Made by a program: the position numbers and the translations under genes. Below, piece after piece: positions 34,790-48,069 of a DNA stretch of 64,000 nt. Every line of letters begins with the position of its first letter. Positions within the stretch are counted from its first letter, which is position 1. A model generated the notes under the pieces. It had not been told where the DNA came from. It was given only the letters and a program-made list of their open reading frames with translations, and did no database searches. Origin of the DNA: Octopus sinensis (Eukaryota); the NCBI RefSeq assembly GCF_006345805.1, contig NC_043002.1:118668001-118732000 (forward strand), read 5' to 3'.

Positions 34790-34986
34790 ATCCATCATGT
34801 CTGGTCTTACCAATCGGTTTCACTTAAAGAATATAATGGAGTGTTAGGTAACAATCCAATTATATAACTCTATGCTCATCATATCAGCTATCTCTGATGA
34901 GCATAGAGTTATATGATTGGATTGTTACCTAACACACCATTGTATTCTTTATGCAAAACTGATTGGTAAGACTAGCCATGATGGAT
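34790..34986. other. Long hairpin: 92-nt arms, 13-nt loop, 83/92 complementary, no indels
   Basis: Manual alignment of 34790-34881 with the reverse complement of 34895-34986. The inner 41 bp have a single T.G mismatch. Confidence 0.92.
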
Positions 34987-35039
34987 ATGTGTATGTGTCT
35001 GTGCGTGTGTGTGTATGTATATATATACATACATACATA

Positions 35040-35139
35040 CTGGAGCCTGGCGCAGCCTCCTGGCTTCTCAGACCCTGGTCGAACTGTCCAACCGATGCCA
35101 GCATGGAAAACGGGTGTTAAACGATGATGATGATGATGA
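35040..35139 (+). mobile_element. Family C 3' fragment
   Basis: Ends GGGTGTTAAACGATGATGAT. Confidence 0.7.
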
Positions 35140-35151
35140 TATATATTTATA

Positions 35152-35536
35152 TACTAGCAGTATCGCCCGGCGTTGCTCAGGCTTGTAAGGGAAATAACTA
35201 TAAAGCATTTTTAGAGAGTTATAGCCAAAAAATAGCAAAAAAAATGGAAAAAAAATTATGGTAAATTTTTTTTTGAGAGTTAAAAAAGGTGGAGTTGCGT
35301 CCCCTAGACAGTCTGTGGTTTGGGTTTCTGATTCTCGACCCCATGTCGAATTTATCGATTTTTTTCAGAACTGGGGGAACTTTTCAAAATTTTCGCTGCG
35401 TTAGTTTTGAATTATGACATTGGGCTATGTGTGTGTTAAGTTTCATCAGAATCGGTTGAAAGCCGTGGTCAGAGTGAGGGTACGAGAAAACAGACACACA
35501 GAAAACGCACAGACAAACTGCCGTTTATATAGAGAT
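35152..35536 (+). mobile_element. Family E variant (E2): E 5' end with a different interior
   Basis: Shares the first ~130 nt with E, then unrelated sequence, ending ACAGACAAACTGCCGTTTATATAGAGAT. Confidence 0.6.
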
Positions 35537-35554
35537 ATATATATATATATATAT

Positions 35555-35786
35555 ATTTCTTTACTACCCACAAGGGGCTAAACATAGAATGGACAAACAA
35601 GGACAGACAAAGGGATTAAGTCGATTACATCGACCCCAGTGCGTAACTGGTACTTAATTTATCGACCCCGAAAGGATGAAAGGCAAAGTCGACCTCAGCG
35701 GAATTTGAACTCAGAACATAATGGCAGACGAAATACAGCTACGCATTTCGCCCGGCGTGCTAACGTTTCTGCCAGCTCGCTGCCTT
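35555..35786 (-). mobile_element. SINE family D
   Basis: Full reverse-complement copy. Confidence 0.88.
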
Positions 35787-36570
35787 AATATACATACACA
35801 CATAATACCTTGTAACTTACATGCTTTCAAATTCAGTCCTTCTATGAACCACCTAGTGCAAGTACCTACTACAGCTCCAGGCCCAATCAATGGCCTGTGA
35901 ACGAGTTTGGTACACTGAAACTATGTAGAAGTTCGTCATATATGTGTGCCTATGTTTGTCCTCCACCCTTGCTACTTGACAAATTGTATTAGGGGAGGAC
36001 AAACATTGGTTAGTTTGCAAGCCCATAGGTGGTACCAAAATAGAATAGAGGATAAGCCATAACACTTTTAAAAATAAAATGGTGCTATGTTTTATCTCAG
36101 CAAAATATAAAAAAATATGAATTTTTTCAAAAAGTTGTTGAGAAGTAAATAGCAAAAACTAAACAGGATGTGTGTGTGAGAGAGAGACAGAGACAAACAG
36201 ACAGAAATTTTTATCTTTTACTTGTTTCAGTCATTAATGTGTTCATGCTGGGACACTGCCTTGAAGGGTTTAGTCAAACAAATAACTCACAGTACTTATT
36301 TTTAAGCCTTGTACTTATTCTACCAGTTGCTTTTTGCTGAACAGCAGGGATGTAAACAAACAAACACCAATTGTCAAGCAGTGGTGGGGAACAAACACGT
36401 ACACACACACACACACACACACATATATACCAAATCTACTCACAAGGCTTTGATTGGCCTTAAGCTATAGTTGAAGACACTTGCCAGAGATACGAAAATA
36501 TTCCTAAACCAAAGCATGTGAATGTGTGTGAAATTGATATTTTTTTTTTAGATATCATCCAAACACTTTC

Positions 36571-36656
<86 letters not shown>

Positions 36657-36657
36657 G

Positions 36658-36808
36658 TAGGCATGGCTGTGTGGTAAGAATCTTGCTTCCCAACCATGTT
36701 TCCAGGTTCAGTCCCACTGCATGGCACCTTGGGCAAGTGTCTTCTACTATAGCCTCGGGCCGACCAAAGCCTTGTGAGTGGATTTGGTAGACAGAAACTG
36801 AAAGAAGC

Positions 36809-36892
<84 letters not shown>

Positions 36893-37078
36893 CCCCCACC
36901 AGTGCTTGACAACTGATGTTGGTGTGTTTACATCCCCGTAACTTAGTGGTTCAGCAAAAAAAAAAGACTGATAGAATAAATACTACGCTTACAAAGATTA
37001 AGTCCTGGGATCAATTTGTTCAACTGGAGGCAGTGCTCCAGTATGGCTGCAGTCAAATGACTGAAACAAGTAAAAGTA
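36658..37078 (+). mobile_element. SINE family A (diverged), with a diverged minus copy at about 36220-36490
   Basis: Pattern match with substitutions. Confidence 0.75.
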
Positions 37079-37746
37079 TAAAATATATATATATGCATAC
37101 ATATGTGTATGCATAAGCACATGTATGACATTAAATATTAAGATTTTCTTTGTTTTGTTTGAAAGTTTTGGGGGTGGTTTTGTCTATAACTGGCAAAACT
37201 GTCACATACAAGATTCAGTCATGGAAACAAAAAGCCATATCACTTGTGTGTGTGTGCATGCATACATGCACTCATTTTTGTATGCATGAGCTTCATTCAA
37301 AATTGACATACAGCACGTTTTGTCTTCAATTCATTTCCTGTTTTTTTGTTTTTTTTTGTGTGTGTGTTTTTAATATATATACTATGAAATTAAGTGAAAA
37401 GATTTTTCTCACAAAATTTATGAAAAAAATTGCAGTTTCATTTTGTTTAAAATACCTGCTACTCCAATCATTGCAAAACCTCTCACTACAGCTCACAGTA
37501 ATTACCAGTTTTTCACTTCCCTCACCTCCATTTAACATCACCAACGGTCATCCTCTTCCTCTCTATTTGTTATTTCTTGCAAACAAAAACAAGATCACCA
37601 GATGCATTTTGTCAATGACAGGCATATGCCTAAACAAAAAATGTTGCCTCTGATATATAGGAAACAGGTGAATAATACATTCACTGATATTGGGAAGAGC
37701 CACTGGGCTGAATAAAATCAGGTGTACTCAGCTGAAGCAACATTAA

Positions 37747-37973
37747 CCCTTTTGTTACCAACCCGGCTGAAACCGGCTCTGGCTCTTTAGTATAAATGTC
37801 TTGTTTTCATAAGTTTTGAATTCAAATCTTCCTCCAAATTTTAGTTAAAATTTATGTTCCTAACACTAGCTTAATGATAACGAAGTTAATTTACTAAATT
37901 CTTTGTTATATATTAAAAAAAAATAATTGAAAGAAACACAGAGCATGTCAAAATAAATACAGTAATGAAAGGG
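37747..37973 (+). mobile_element. piggyBac-type MITE F
   Basis: TTAA flanks (37743-46, 37974-77); TIRs present. Confidence 0.88.
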
Positions 37974-39798
37974 TTAAATACAAATAGCCATCTATGTATA
38001 ATACCTAACGTATATGCATTGCTGACAAGCAAGATAAAGTAATCATTGTTTCTAACATAACCATAAGGTCTGCAATTTGGACAAGAGGATTTGTCCATAC
38101 TATCAACTCCAGGACAACCCACAGAAGAAAAAAAAATCCTAAACTTCTACATAGCAAAACCATCAATATTTTCTGTCCTAGTTTACAACAGAAATCCAAC
38201 ACAAAAATGTGTTTTTATAAGCATTATGTGAAAATAGCTTTAAGAGCGGCAGAGTAGGTATGAGGTTAATTTCATATTTAACAGACAAAGAATGAAATAA
38301 AAACAACTAATGGAAAACAGAAAGCTATTAAAATCTAAATAACAAAACAAATTTAGCTCAATACTAACAAACTACAGGAAGATGATATTAATATCTAATA
38401 ATAATTGTTATTCCTCCCCCACTTAATTGCATTGATGAAAATTTCACAAGGATTAGACAGTTCTACTAATATAAAATGCTCATTAATAAAATTAGAGTGG
38501 CCAAATTATAGAAGAATTTGACACTGGAAGTAGAAAGTAATTAGCAAGTAAGAATAACAATGTAATTAGAGTTAGAATTTTAGTTAAACATCTCATAAAA
38601 CAAGTTTGATGAGATAATCAGAGAATTTTGGTAAAAAATGGTTTTAAAGGCAAAATTGATAAGATATTGGAAAATAAAAAAAAAAACTTCTGCCAATCAT
38701 TTATTCAGATATTAACAGACATTCCTTTTATTCTTTTCCAAATTAAACAGTTTGGTGAAAGAATAAAAATGATGCAGCTGTGGTTAAAGAGCTTGATATG
38801 CAAACAAATCTTAGATTTGATCAAACTGCATGGCTACAAAACAGCATTACCAAGGAAACACTGTTTAAATTGCTTCCTCTAGGTTTCCTAGAATGAACCA
38901 CTCATGGCATCTATATATATTTACTGCAGCTCATGAAAACTTGACAAGTCAAAAATACCATACTTAAGACTTTTCAAACAAATTTTTGCAAGTATATAGT
39001 CTCACTATCTTAATTCTTAACCCTTGTTAATTAGTTGGACTGTTAGCATTCATTTGTTTTAATACTTCCTGTGCAACATTTTAACAATTAAAATCAAAAA
39101 GTTACTGTAATTCTATATATTGTTGGCTATGTGATTTGGCTGGTATGCAGTGGGTGGGCACCTGTCACTGAAGATTTGCAGCATGTTGAAATCATGTAAT
39201 CTGACAGTTTTAGCACCCACAGTAGACAATTCTCATCTGCTAATGATATATATGTGATTTTATGTACCATGCACCTATATGAGACGACCTTCCAAGGTAA
39301 TTACCACAGTATTTAAGATTCAGCATTCTAAGAAAACATCCATGTTAAGAATGCAATCTGAGAGGTTTGGCAGGTATTTTTAGCAAGTTTTTCCACTTCA
39401 TACAGGTTCCTTCATTGGCTCAAAGCACTTCACATAGTATATAATAAAGATGTCACAGAACTAATAAGACCATTTCCATTTTAATCAAATAATGACTGAA
39501 AATTATCCAGTTATTAGATTTCTTACATATGTACATGATCAGAAACTGTGAAATAATGTAAGCATAAAAAATTTGGAGATATTTCAATATAAGCAATACA
39601 CTAATAACCATATAGTTATCTTTATATATTTGTTGTGCAAGATTTTTTATTGGCTAAACTGGCAAAATGACCATTCCGAAATATAACAACATATAGTTAT
39701 CATTCTGGTATATCAACCACCAGAAATGTGAATTGATTGATAAGACAGAATGTCAAAGGCATATAGGAAATATATATAGGGAAACAAATGCACAGACT

Positions 39799-39841
<43 letters not shown>

Positions 39842-40104
39842 CTTGTGTTATTTGTCCTGTACTCTATGTTTTTGTTGTTTAAGAAAAATGTCCTGTTCCT
39901 TGGGTTTGTGTCTATGTTTTTGTTTCTCATTGTGTTCGACGTTTTTTTGGTGTCCTGTACTCATATATGCGTGTATATATACATGTAGAGGTAGGTACGT
40001 ACATATATGTATATATATATGCATATGTTTTATTTATTAATATATTATATGACGCATGCATCCCTTTCTAAGTAAGATTGTTCTTCATATACATATATAT
40101 ATAT

Positions 40105-40166
<62 letters not shown>

Positions 40167-41904
40167 AAATAGATGATGCATGAAAGGTGTAAAAGCACCA
40201 TTAATTAACAGCAAAAAATGTCCATGGGAGGAAATAATGTAAATCTACAAGACTTAGAAGTGTTTCAGTGAGAACTGATAACAATGGTCCTCATTGAGAT
40301 GAGCTGAAGCATAAGAATGGTAGACGGAGAGATGCATTTTATCTTAACCAATCTATGCCGTTATAGAAGACCAGACATTAAAATGCTAGTGATAGGATGA
40401 TTAAACATACTGCTTACAAGAAAGAACCGTTTTTACTTACATACAAAACTAAAAGCAAGCTGCACATTAGATGACAGCCCAAATCAATCATATGAGAGAT
40501 ATCGAGGAATTTCTAAAGCTATTAAGAGATACGATGCAGATACTACTGAACCAATACAAATAGTTGTAATAAATATCTTGCTTGTCCAGTTGAAAATAGA
40601 TATCAGTTCCTCTTTATAGCTTGGTGATTGTCAATAAGAAAGATATCTTACTGTGAAGCAATGACTCATAAAAATGGCAATTTCTAAACCATTTGTTGTT
40701 GTTTAGCCCAAGGTCAGCTCTGACTGAGCAAAAATATATAACCAAAATCATTCAATCTATAACCATCCAACTTTTTTTTAGTAAGTATCCATCGAGGACC
40801 AGTGTTTTCTGCTATTAAAATGGTAGAGTATGAGAGAAGAGAGATTTGGCTACCATTTCTGGCAGGTTGAGCAAACATGTAGCAATTACCTTGTATTCAT
40901 GTCAGCATTCAAACAAACTAAGACAAAAATGTGTGAAAATAAAAAAGATATTTTTTACAAAATCAGTTATAATTTTTATCCAATAATTACACAGAATACA
41001 TCAATTCGTAAAGGGCCCAAAGAGAGCAAGGGACCCAAAGACAGCAGAAATCCCAAAGACAGCAGAAGACTCAAAGAGCTGAAGTCCCTGTGTTAAAGCA
41101 AGAATGGGTGAATTTGATATTCATTTATGTCAAATATTTTTCTAGAATAGTAGATTATATTATGTCAAGCAATCGTTGAAACACTGTAAAAGATCAAGAA
41201 ACACTTCAAAGGTCAAATGTATAGAGATAGAAAGAGAGAGCTGGAGGGTGAAGAGGGGGAAAAGAGAAGGTAGAAATACCAGGAGAAGTAAAAAGAGAAA
41301 AACTGCAATCACAGCCCTCACCCACCCTGCAGAACACTGAAGGTGGAGGCTAGAGACAGTAGTGCAGTAATCAACTAAAGGAAACACTTTGATTCACCTG
41401 GCTTACTCTTTTTATTACACCTGTGATGTTGCTTAGTCTACCTTCCTCTGTACATGTGTGTACATTTACACATGCACACAAACATAGCACTGAATTAGAC
41501 ACAGATACTCATGCATACACACACACATCTTTACCCTAGGCACAACCTGTTGATATTTGATATCTTTCACTATCTTAATGTTAGGTTATTCATGAATATA
41601 TAAATTATAAGATATAATAAAATCAGAACACAAGCTACCTTTGCACTAGCTCAGGTAGGTATTACTAGAAAGAGAAAACAAAACACTGTTTGATATACTG
41701 ACCCCAAACATAGCTACTTCTCCACCATCCTACTTCCCATAAGCAACTCTCTACCCAAAAGGAATAGGTTGCATGTAGTCTAAGATATTGTTGAATCTAC
41801 TGAAATTCCTGTTGTTATTTACCTCTCTGTCCATCTGAATCAATCAGACTTATAATCAAAGATACTGTAGTTGTAAACATCCAGTCTTTTCACAAATTAT
41901 CTAA

Positions 41905-42259
41905 TACTAGCAGTATCGCCCGGCGTTGCTCGGGTTTGTAAGGGAAATAACTATATAAGCATTTTTAGAGATGTAAAGTATAATAGCCATCTCAATATGG
42001 CTATCCACAAAGGGGGGTGTTACTGTAGCTTTTTACGTTCTGAGATTTAATAAAGCAAAAAAATGCATTAAAAATGGGAAAAAAATGATGGTAAATTTTT
42101 TTTTAAATCGTAGACGCACGCTAATACCCAGAAGGGCTCGATATGAATCACGACTATAAGATACCCGCTTTTGGTTACACTGCACTGCAAAATGTGGGAG
42201 TAGTTAGGAATCTAAATCATAGGAGATAGACACACATCTTCACTTTTATATATAAAGAT
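41905..42259 (+). mobile_element. Family E (internal block replaced)
   Basis: TACTAGCAGTATCGCCCGGCGTTGCTCGGG start; AAAGAT end. Confidence 0.65.
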
Positions 42260-43250
42260 GTCCTTCCTTTTTTCTTTAAAAAGGATAAAGTGCAATTTAA
42301 GAAGGATCTGACTGTTATCTCTAGTAATTCATGCATGTATATAGCGGTACCCATCTTTGACCATGTAACTGTAAACTTTGTGAGGTCACCACACTATGTT
42401 AACAGTTAATTCATTTAAAGATTATTTCTTTATCTTCTCTAAAATTGTATACTAATAAAACCCACTCGATCCATCTGATAGAATTGTGATACATAACAAA
42501 AGCAAATGATGTTAAAATTTCTTTGCATAATTCAATCACTGGTATTTTATCTTAGACTGCATTCAAAAGAAATTTATGTACCAGACCAATAAAATATACA
42601 CATTTACTTAATTTCTAGAACAGTTACATTATGTTGAAATTCTTAAACTGCAGCTATAAAATGCACATCATCTCAGAATTAACTGGCTTGCATTGCTTTT
42701 TAAACTACAATCATAGTTCATTTTGCATTTCAGAATTAACAGACAGCAGTATTTCTTAAACTGTGTATATCAGTTATGATACACACTGTATTTTAGAATT
42801 GATTTATGGCACTTTTTCTTAAACCACAACACACACACTACATTTCAGAATTCACTGGTTACAATGTTTCCAGGACACCCAGCTTTGTCCTATAATACTT
42901 GTATTATAGGCTAACCGAAACATTATATACAATCTGTAAGTTAAACTATTAGCCAATAACAGCCATTTCTACCCATGCTAATCATGTATTCCCACATCAC
43001 ACTACTTCCCAAATGCTTTGAATTCCAGAGGAACTAAACCAATCTCATTCTCCCCTTCAACTTTCTCAGGGAGCTCTCCTTCCACACACTTAAAAATGTG
43101 GACAATAATGACATCAAAACAAAGACATAAAATATTAAATATATAAACATACACAGACATATGCACACACATATACACACAGACATATATACATACACAC
43201 ACACATGTATACAGTCACTTATTGGTTAACAATTTAAATTATACACTGAG

Positions 43251-43282
<32 letters not shown>

Positions 43283-43801
43283 AATGTAAAAAAATACAAA
43301 CTGGGACAAGAACGTGAAACATTTAGAAGATGATACAAAAAACACGGGCGGGACATTCGAAGCCTTCAATCTTCAGTCAAGAACCGGATCATTTTCGCAA
43401 TTTCGGCTGATTAATCTTGTTGTACAATATATAGATACATGTATTTAATTGTGATCATTATGAAGAACCAGTAACCATCATTTAATGTGTGCATACAAAT
43501 GAAAGATACTGGATTTCCATAACAGCCACAATTCATTTAAGGTTATAGTGAAAAATAAAATGATGAATAATGAGTGTAGAACAAAAGTTATTTCAGGTGT
43601 CACAGAAAAGAGAAATCTGATATTAGGGGATAGCATGTTACATACAATAAACCAAACCTGTCTCTCGTGCCACAGTTACAAGACATGCATGAGTCTGTTT
43701 AAAGAATAACCTGGTTTAAAGATAAAATTTCATAAAACCTAACATTTGACTCAGTGCATGTATATTCTGTGATAACTCTTACAAACTATTCTTCCTCTCT
43801 T

Positions 43802-44197
43802 ATCTTTATATTTAAAAGTGAAGTTGTGTGAGTGTCTGTCTCCTACGATTTAGATTCCTAACTACTCCCACATTTTGCAGTGCAGTTTAACCAAAACCGG
43901 GTATCTTATAGTCTTGATTCATATCGAGCCCTTCTGGGTATTAGCGTGCGTCTACGATTTTAAAAAGAATTTACCATCATTTTTTTCCATTTTAATGCAT
44001 TTTTTACGCTATCATATAAGGGAAGTAACTCTCTAAAAATGTCTACGATGAGTCAACGATTTAAAAAAAAATTTACCATCATTTTTTTTTCCATTTTTAA
44101 TGCACTTTTTTACTATTTTTTGGCTATAACTCTCTAAAAATGCTTATATAGTTATTTCCCTTACAAACCCGAGCAACGCCGGGCGATACTGCTAGTA
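43802..44197 (-). mobile_element. Family E
   Basis: Reverse-complement copy. Confidence 0.65.
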
Positions 44198-44863
44198 TAA
44201 TATAAAAGTAAATTAAAATTATTACAAAGAAAATAAAATAAAGTTGTATACAGAGCAAAACAAATTAAATTAAATTTAAATTCTTGCTTGATTAACTCTG
44301 CCCTTTTTAACATGCTGAGGATGTAATTATTTTAACAAGAGGTTAAAATGAAAATCATTTTAAATCATTTCTTGAAGGTAGAAGGCAATCATTTCACAGT
44401 CCATTTTTATAACTTGTTGGCACAAAAATTATCCAGAATGGCATATAGACCTACTGAAAGATCTCTACCAATTATTCCTTAATTTTTTCAGGCCACTGCT
44501 CCTTTAAATATATCGACTTCAGCATTCCGTAACTAATGTCATTAAAAAACACAGATCAAACAAGCAGTTAGCATGAAACTAAATAAGGACTGACAAAGGC
44601 TTCAAGATTTTGATATCCGCTAATTACTTTACAGTCCAGTAACTGAACTGAGCGGTACCATAACCCAGCATTTACTTGCACCTTTTAGCTTTCCCTAAGT
44701 AAATTCATGATATAAATCAAGTAAACTAACCAGAGAAAGGGAACCCTTTTGTTATGATATTTCTCTTGGTACACACTGTCTTTGTTTCAACTAATTTTGA
44801 AAACAATAAAGAATTTAGTAAAATAATTATTATTAAGCTGGTGTTTGGAAGCTAAATTAACAT

Positions 44864-45316
44864 AAGGTGGCAAGCTGGCAAACACGTTAGCGCGACGGGC
44901 GAAATGCTTAGCAGTATTTCGTCTGCCGTTACGTTCTGAGTTCAAATTCCGCCGAGGTCGACTTTGCCTTTCATCCTTTCGGGGTCGATAAATAAAGTAC
45001 CAGTTATGCACTGGGGTCGATGTAATTGACTTAATCCTTCTGTCTGTCCTTGTTTGTCCCCTCTATGTTTAGCCCCCTGTGGGCAATAAAGAAATATATA
45101 TATGTATGTGTGTGTATATGTCTGTGTTTGTCCCCTCAACATCGCTTGACAACCGATGCTGGTGTGTTTACGTCCCCGTAACTTAGCAGTTCGGCAAAAG
45201 AGACCGACAGAATAAGTACTAGGCTTACAAAGAATAAGTCCTGGGGTCGATTTCCTCGACTAAAGGCGGTGCTCCAGCATGACCGCAGTCAAATGACTGA
45301 AACAAGTAAAAGAGTA
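44864..45316 (+). mobile_element. SINE D (44864-45095) fused to the 3' half of SINE A
   Basis: The D tail runs through a short microsatellite into the A 3' half; no A head upstream. Confidence 0.8.
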
Positions 45317-46578
45317 TAAAATTTTAATGGTACACTTTAATTTAAAATACTTTAAAACAGGAATTTATATCACAGAATTAGGGATGGTTTCAGGCAAGTT
45401 GGTATCAAAAGGGTTGACATTTGATGGTTTGTAAAGTCTAACAGATTACAATTTAAAACCAAATATGATGATGATAACAAGTGACAATGATGATATTGCA
45501 CATTTGGCTGTTCTACCAACTAATCTGAGTGTGATTCCAGTTATTCAACATGCTACATTATTTTATATTATTTTACATTAAGAAAATATTACTTGGAGAC
45601 CATGAAAAGAATTTTATCTTTTTTAAGTCTGTTAGGATATTTTTGTTGTTGCTAGCTAGTAGCAAAATTGAACCATATATTGAGTAATGTTCAACACATC
45701 ATTTGCTATGAATCTATACTATAATGGAGAAAGCTGCTTATTAATTAGGTATGTAACAATTACTAAAACTACTAAAAGAAAGCAATTATTAAAAGCTTGA
45801 CTGTCTGGAAATATTTTTATAAATTCATGTTCTAAGAAATTTCCTATAACTTTGATTTCTCAAGTTTACTGAATTTTTTTAACTCCAATTTCTCGCAAAT
45901 TTAAATATTCACTGCATTCACTGCGGAGTATTCCATTTCCATTTGCAAAGTCTCTCACTTTCTCTTTTAAGTTTTAATTCGCTATTAATGTATACATAAT
46001 ATAAAAACATTATTTATTCAATGAAAATTTTTTTAAATAACCATATAATTTTTGAACACAGGATAGCTGTGAGAAGAGCCTAGAAAGTTAGGTGGTTATT
46101 ATTAGATGAGGAGAGAAAAAAACCAAAAGTTACTGACAAGTACTGACAACTTGCATCTTAGTCACTGTTTCCAAATACAATTTCAACAGGGAGAGACACA
46201 CACAAACGCACACACCAATACACACTCGTGCACACACATAGATACACATACACACAAATGAACAGCAAAGAATGTGTGTGTGTGTGTGTGTATGTATGTG
46301 CATGCGCGCGTGTGCCTGCATGTGCTGTTCACTGACAAAACTTCGTGCTGCATCACTTTTGTAAAATTTTGTCAGTGAACAGGTCGTGGTTTCAAAGTGA
46401 CAAAAATATTTTGACACAAATGAAGTTTTAATGTCAACAAAGTGAAACTAATGGTATTTGTGTGTTCTTGAATGGTTTACAAACATCTTCCATGCTGCAA
46501 TTGTTTTCGTTTCAGCACACAACCTCAGATCAAGTCACTTGCTAATGCAAGTCCATCTCTGTAATTTTTAAAAATCAC

Positions 46579-46979
46579 TACTCTTTACTCTTTTACTTGT
46601 TTCAGTCATTTGACTGCGGCCATGCTGGAGCACCGCCTTTAGTCAATCAAATCGACCCCGGGACTTATTCTTTGTAAGCCCAGTACTTATTCTATCGGTC
46701 TCTTTTGCCGAACCGCTAAGTAACGGGGACGTAAACACACCAGCATCGGTTGTCAAGCAATGCTAGGGGGACAAACACAGATGCACAAACACATACACAC
46801 ACACATATATATATATACACATATATACGACAGGCTTCTTTCAGTTTCCGTCTACCAAATCCACTCACAAGGCATTGGTCGGCCCGGGGCTATAGCAGAA
46901 GACACTTGCCCAAGATGCCACGCAGTGGGACTGAACCCGGAACCATGTGGTTGGTTAGCAAGCTACTTACCACACAGCC
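46579..46979 (-). mobile_element. SINE family A
   Basis: Pattern match, slightly 5'-truncated. Confidence 0.9.
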
Positions 46980-47652
46980 TGTGGATAAATGTTAGCAATG
47001 ACCTTCTCAGGCTCACCAAAATTTTAATTTCTAAACAGAAACAATTGAGACCAGGTAGTGGGTTTTCAAAGCATTCATGATTTCTTAAATTTTCTTTCTT
47101 ATAGCAGGAGGATTGTCTCTGGATGTGCTGGAAACAACAGCCAAACTGCCCTTAAATCACTCTTCCCTCTGAAAATATTAACATTTTTTTTACCAAAAAT
47201 GCTCTTCCCATGGTTTTGAAGTGCAAAAAAAAATTGTGAGTAAGGCACATATTAGTGTCTCTGGGATTTTATGGCTGTCTATGAGTGACAAATACATGCA
47301 CTACTAAGATTTCCTAGTTATAGATAAGCAATACTTATTGCATCTGTGGCATGGATAGTGTTTAAATCAACAAGGAAGCAAACATGAATTAAGACCAGTA
47401 AATGATACAGATTAGAATCAGGTGTAAGGAACAATTTTGGAAATGCTTAATGTATGAGAAGTATTGAAAAGCCAAAATAATACTAAGTAGAAATGACCAC
47501 AGAGAATAAGAGTTTACAGAAAATATCCATATATAAAACCCACATTTCTATTTTTAAAAAGACTATTCAGTTAGCACTATCTTGGGTCAAGAAAATAAAA
47601 AGTAATTTTTCAATTTTATTCAAATCACAAGAGTAAATAATTTATTCAGACA

Positions 47653-48069
47653 TACTCTTTACTCTTTTACTTGTTTCAGTCATTTGACTGCGACCATCCT
47701 GGAGCACCGCCTTTAGTAGAGCAACTCGACCCCGGGACTTATTCTTTTTGTAAGCCCAGTACTTATTCTATCGGTCTCTTTTTGCCGAACCGCTAAGTGA
47801 CGGGGACGTAAACACACCAGCATCGGTTGTCAAGCAATGCTAGGGGAACAAACACAGACACACAAACACACACACATACATATATATATATATACACATA
47901 TATACGACAGGCTTCTTTCAGTTTCCGTCTACCAAATCCACTCACAAGGCATTGGTCGGCCCGGGGCTATAGCAGAAGACACTTGCCCAAGATGCCACGC
48001 AGTGGGATTGAACCCGGAACCATGTGGTTGGTTAGCAAGCTACTTACCACACAGCCACTCCTGCGCCTA
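47653..48069 (-). mobile_element. SINE family A
   Basis: Full-length. Confidence 0.9.

Noticed and set aside
37150-37653. 167-aa plus-strand ORF
   Set aside because: Low-complexity T-rich composition, non-ATG start, no recognisable domain or splice context.
41021-41090. 18-bp repeats translating as KGPKESKGPKDSRNPKDS
   Set aside because: Short degenerate minisatellite without splice sites or homology.
41160-41387. Hydrophobic minus-strand ORF as a candidate signal-peptide exon
   Set aside because: Hydrophobicity comes from a CT-rich tract; no convincing phase-1 donor.
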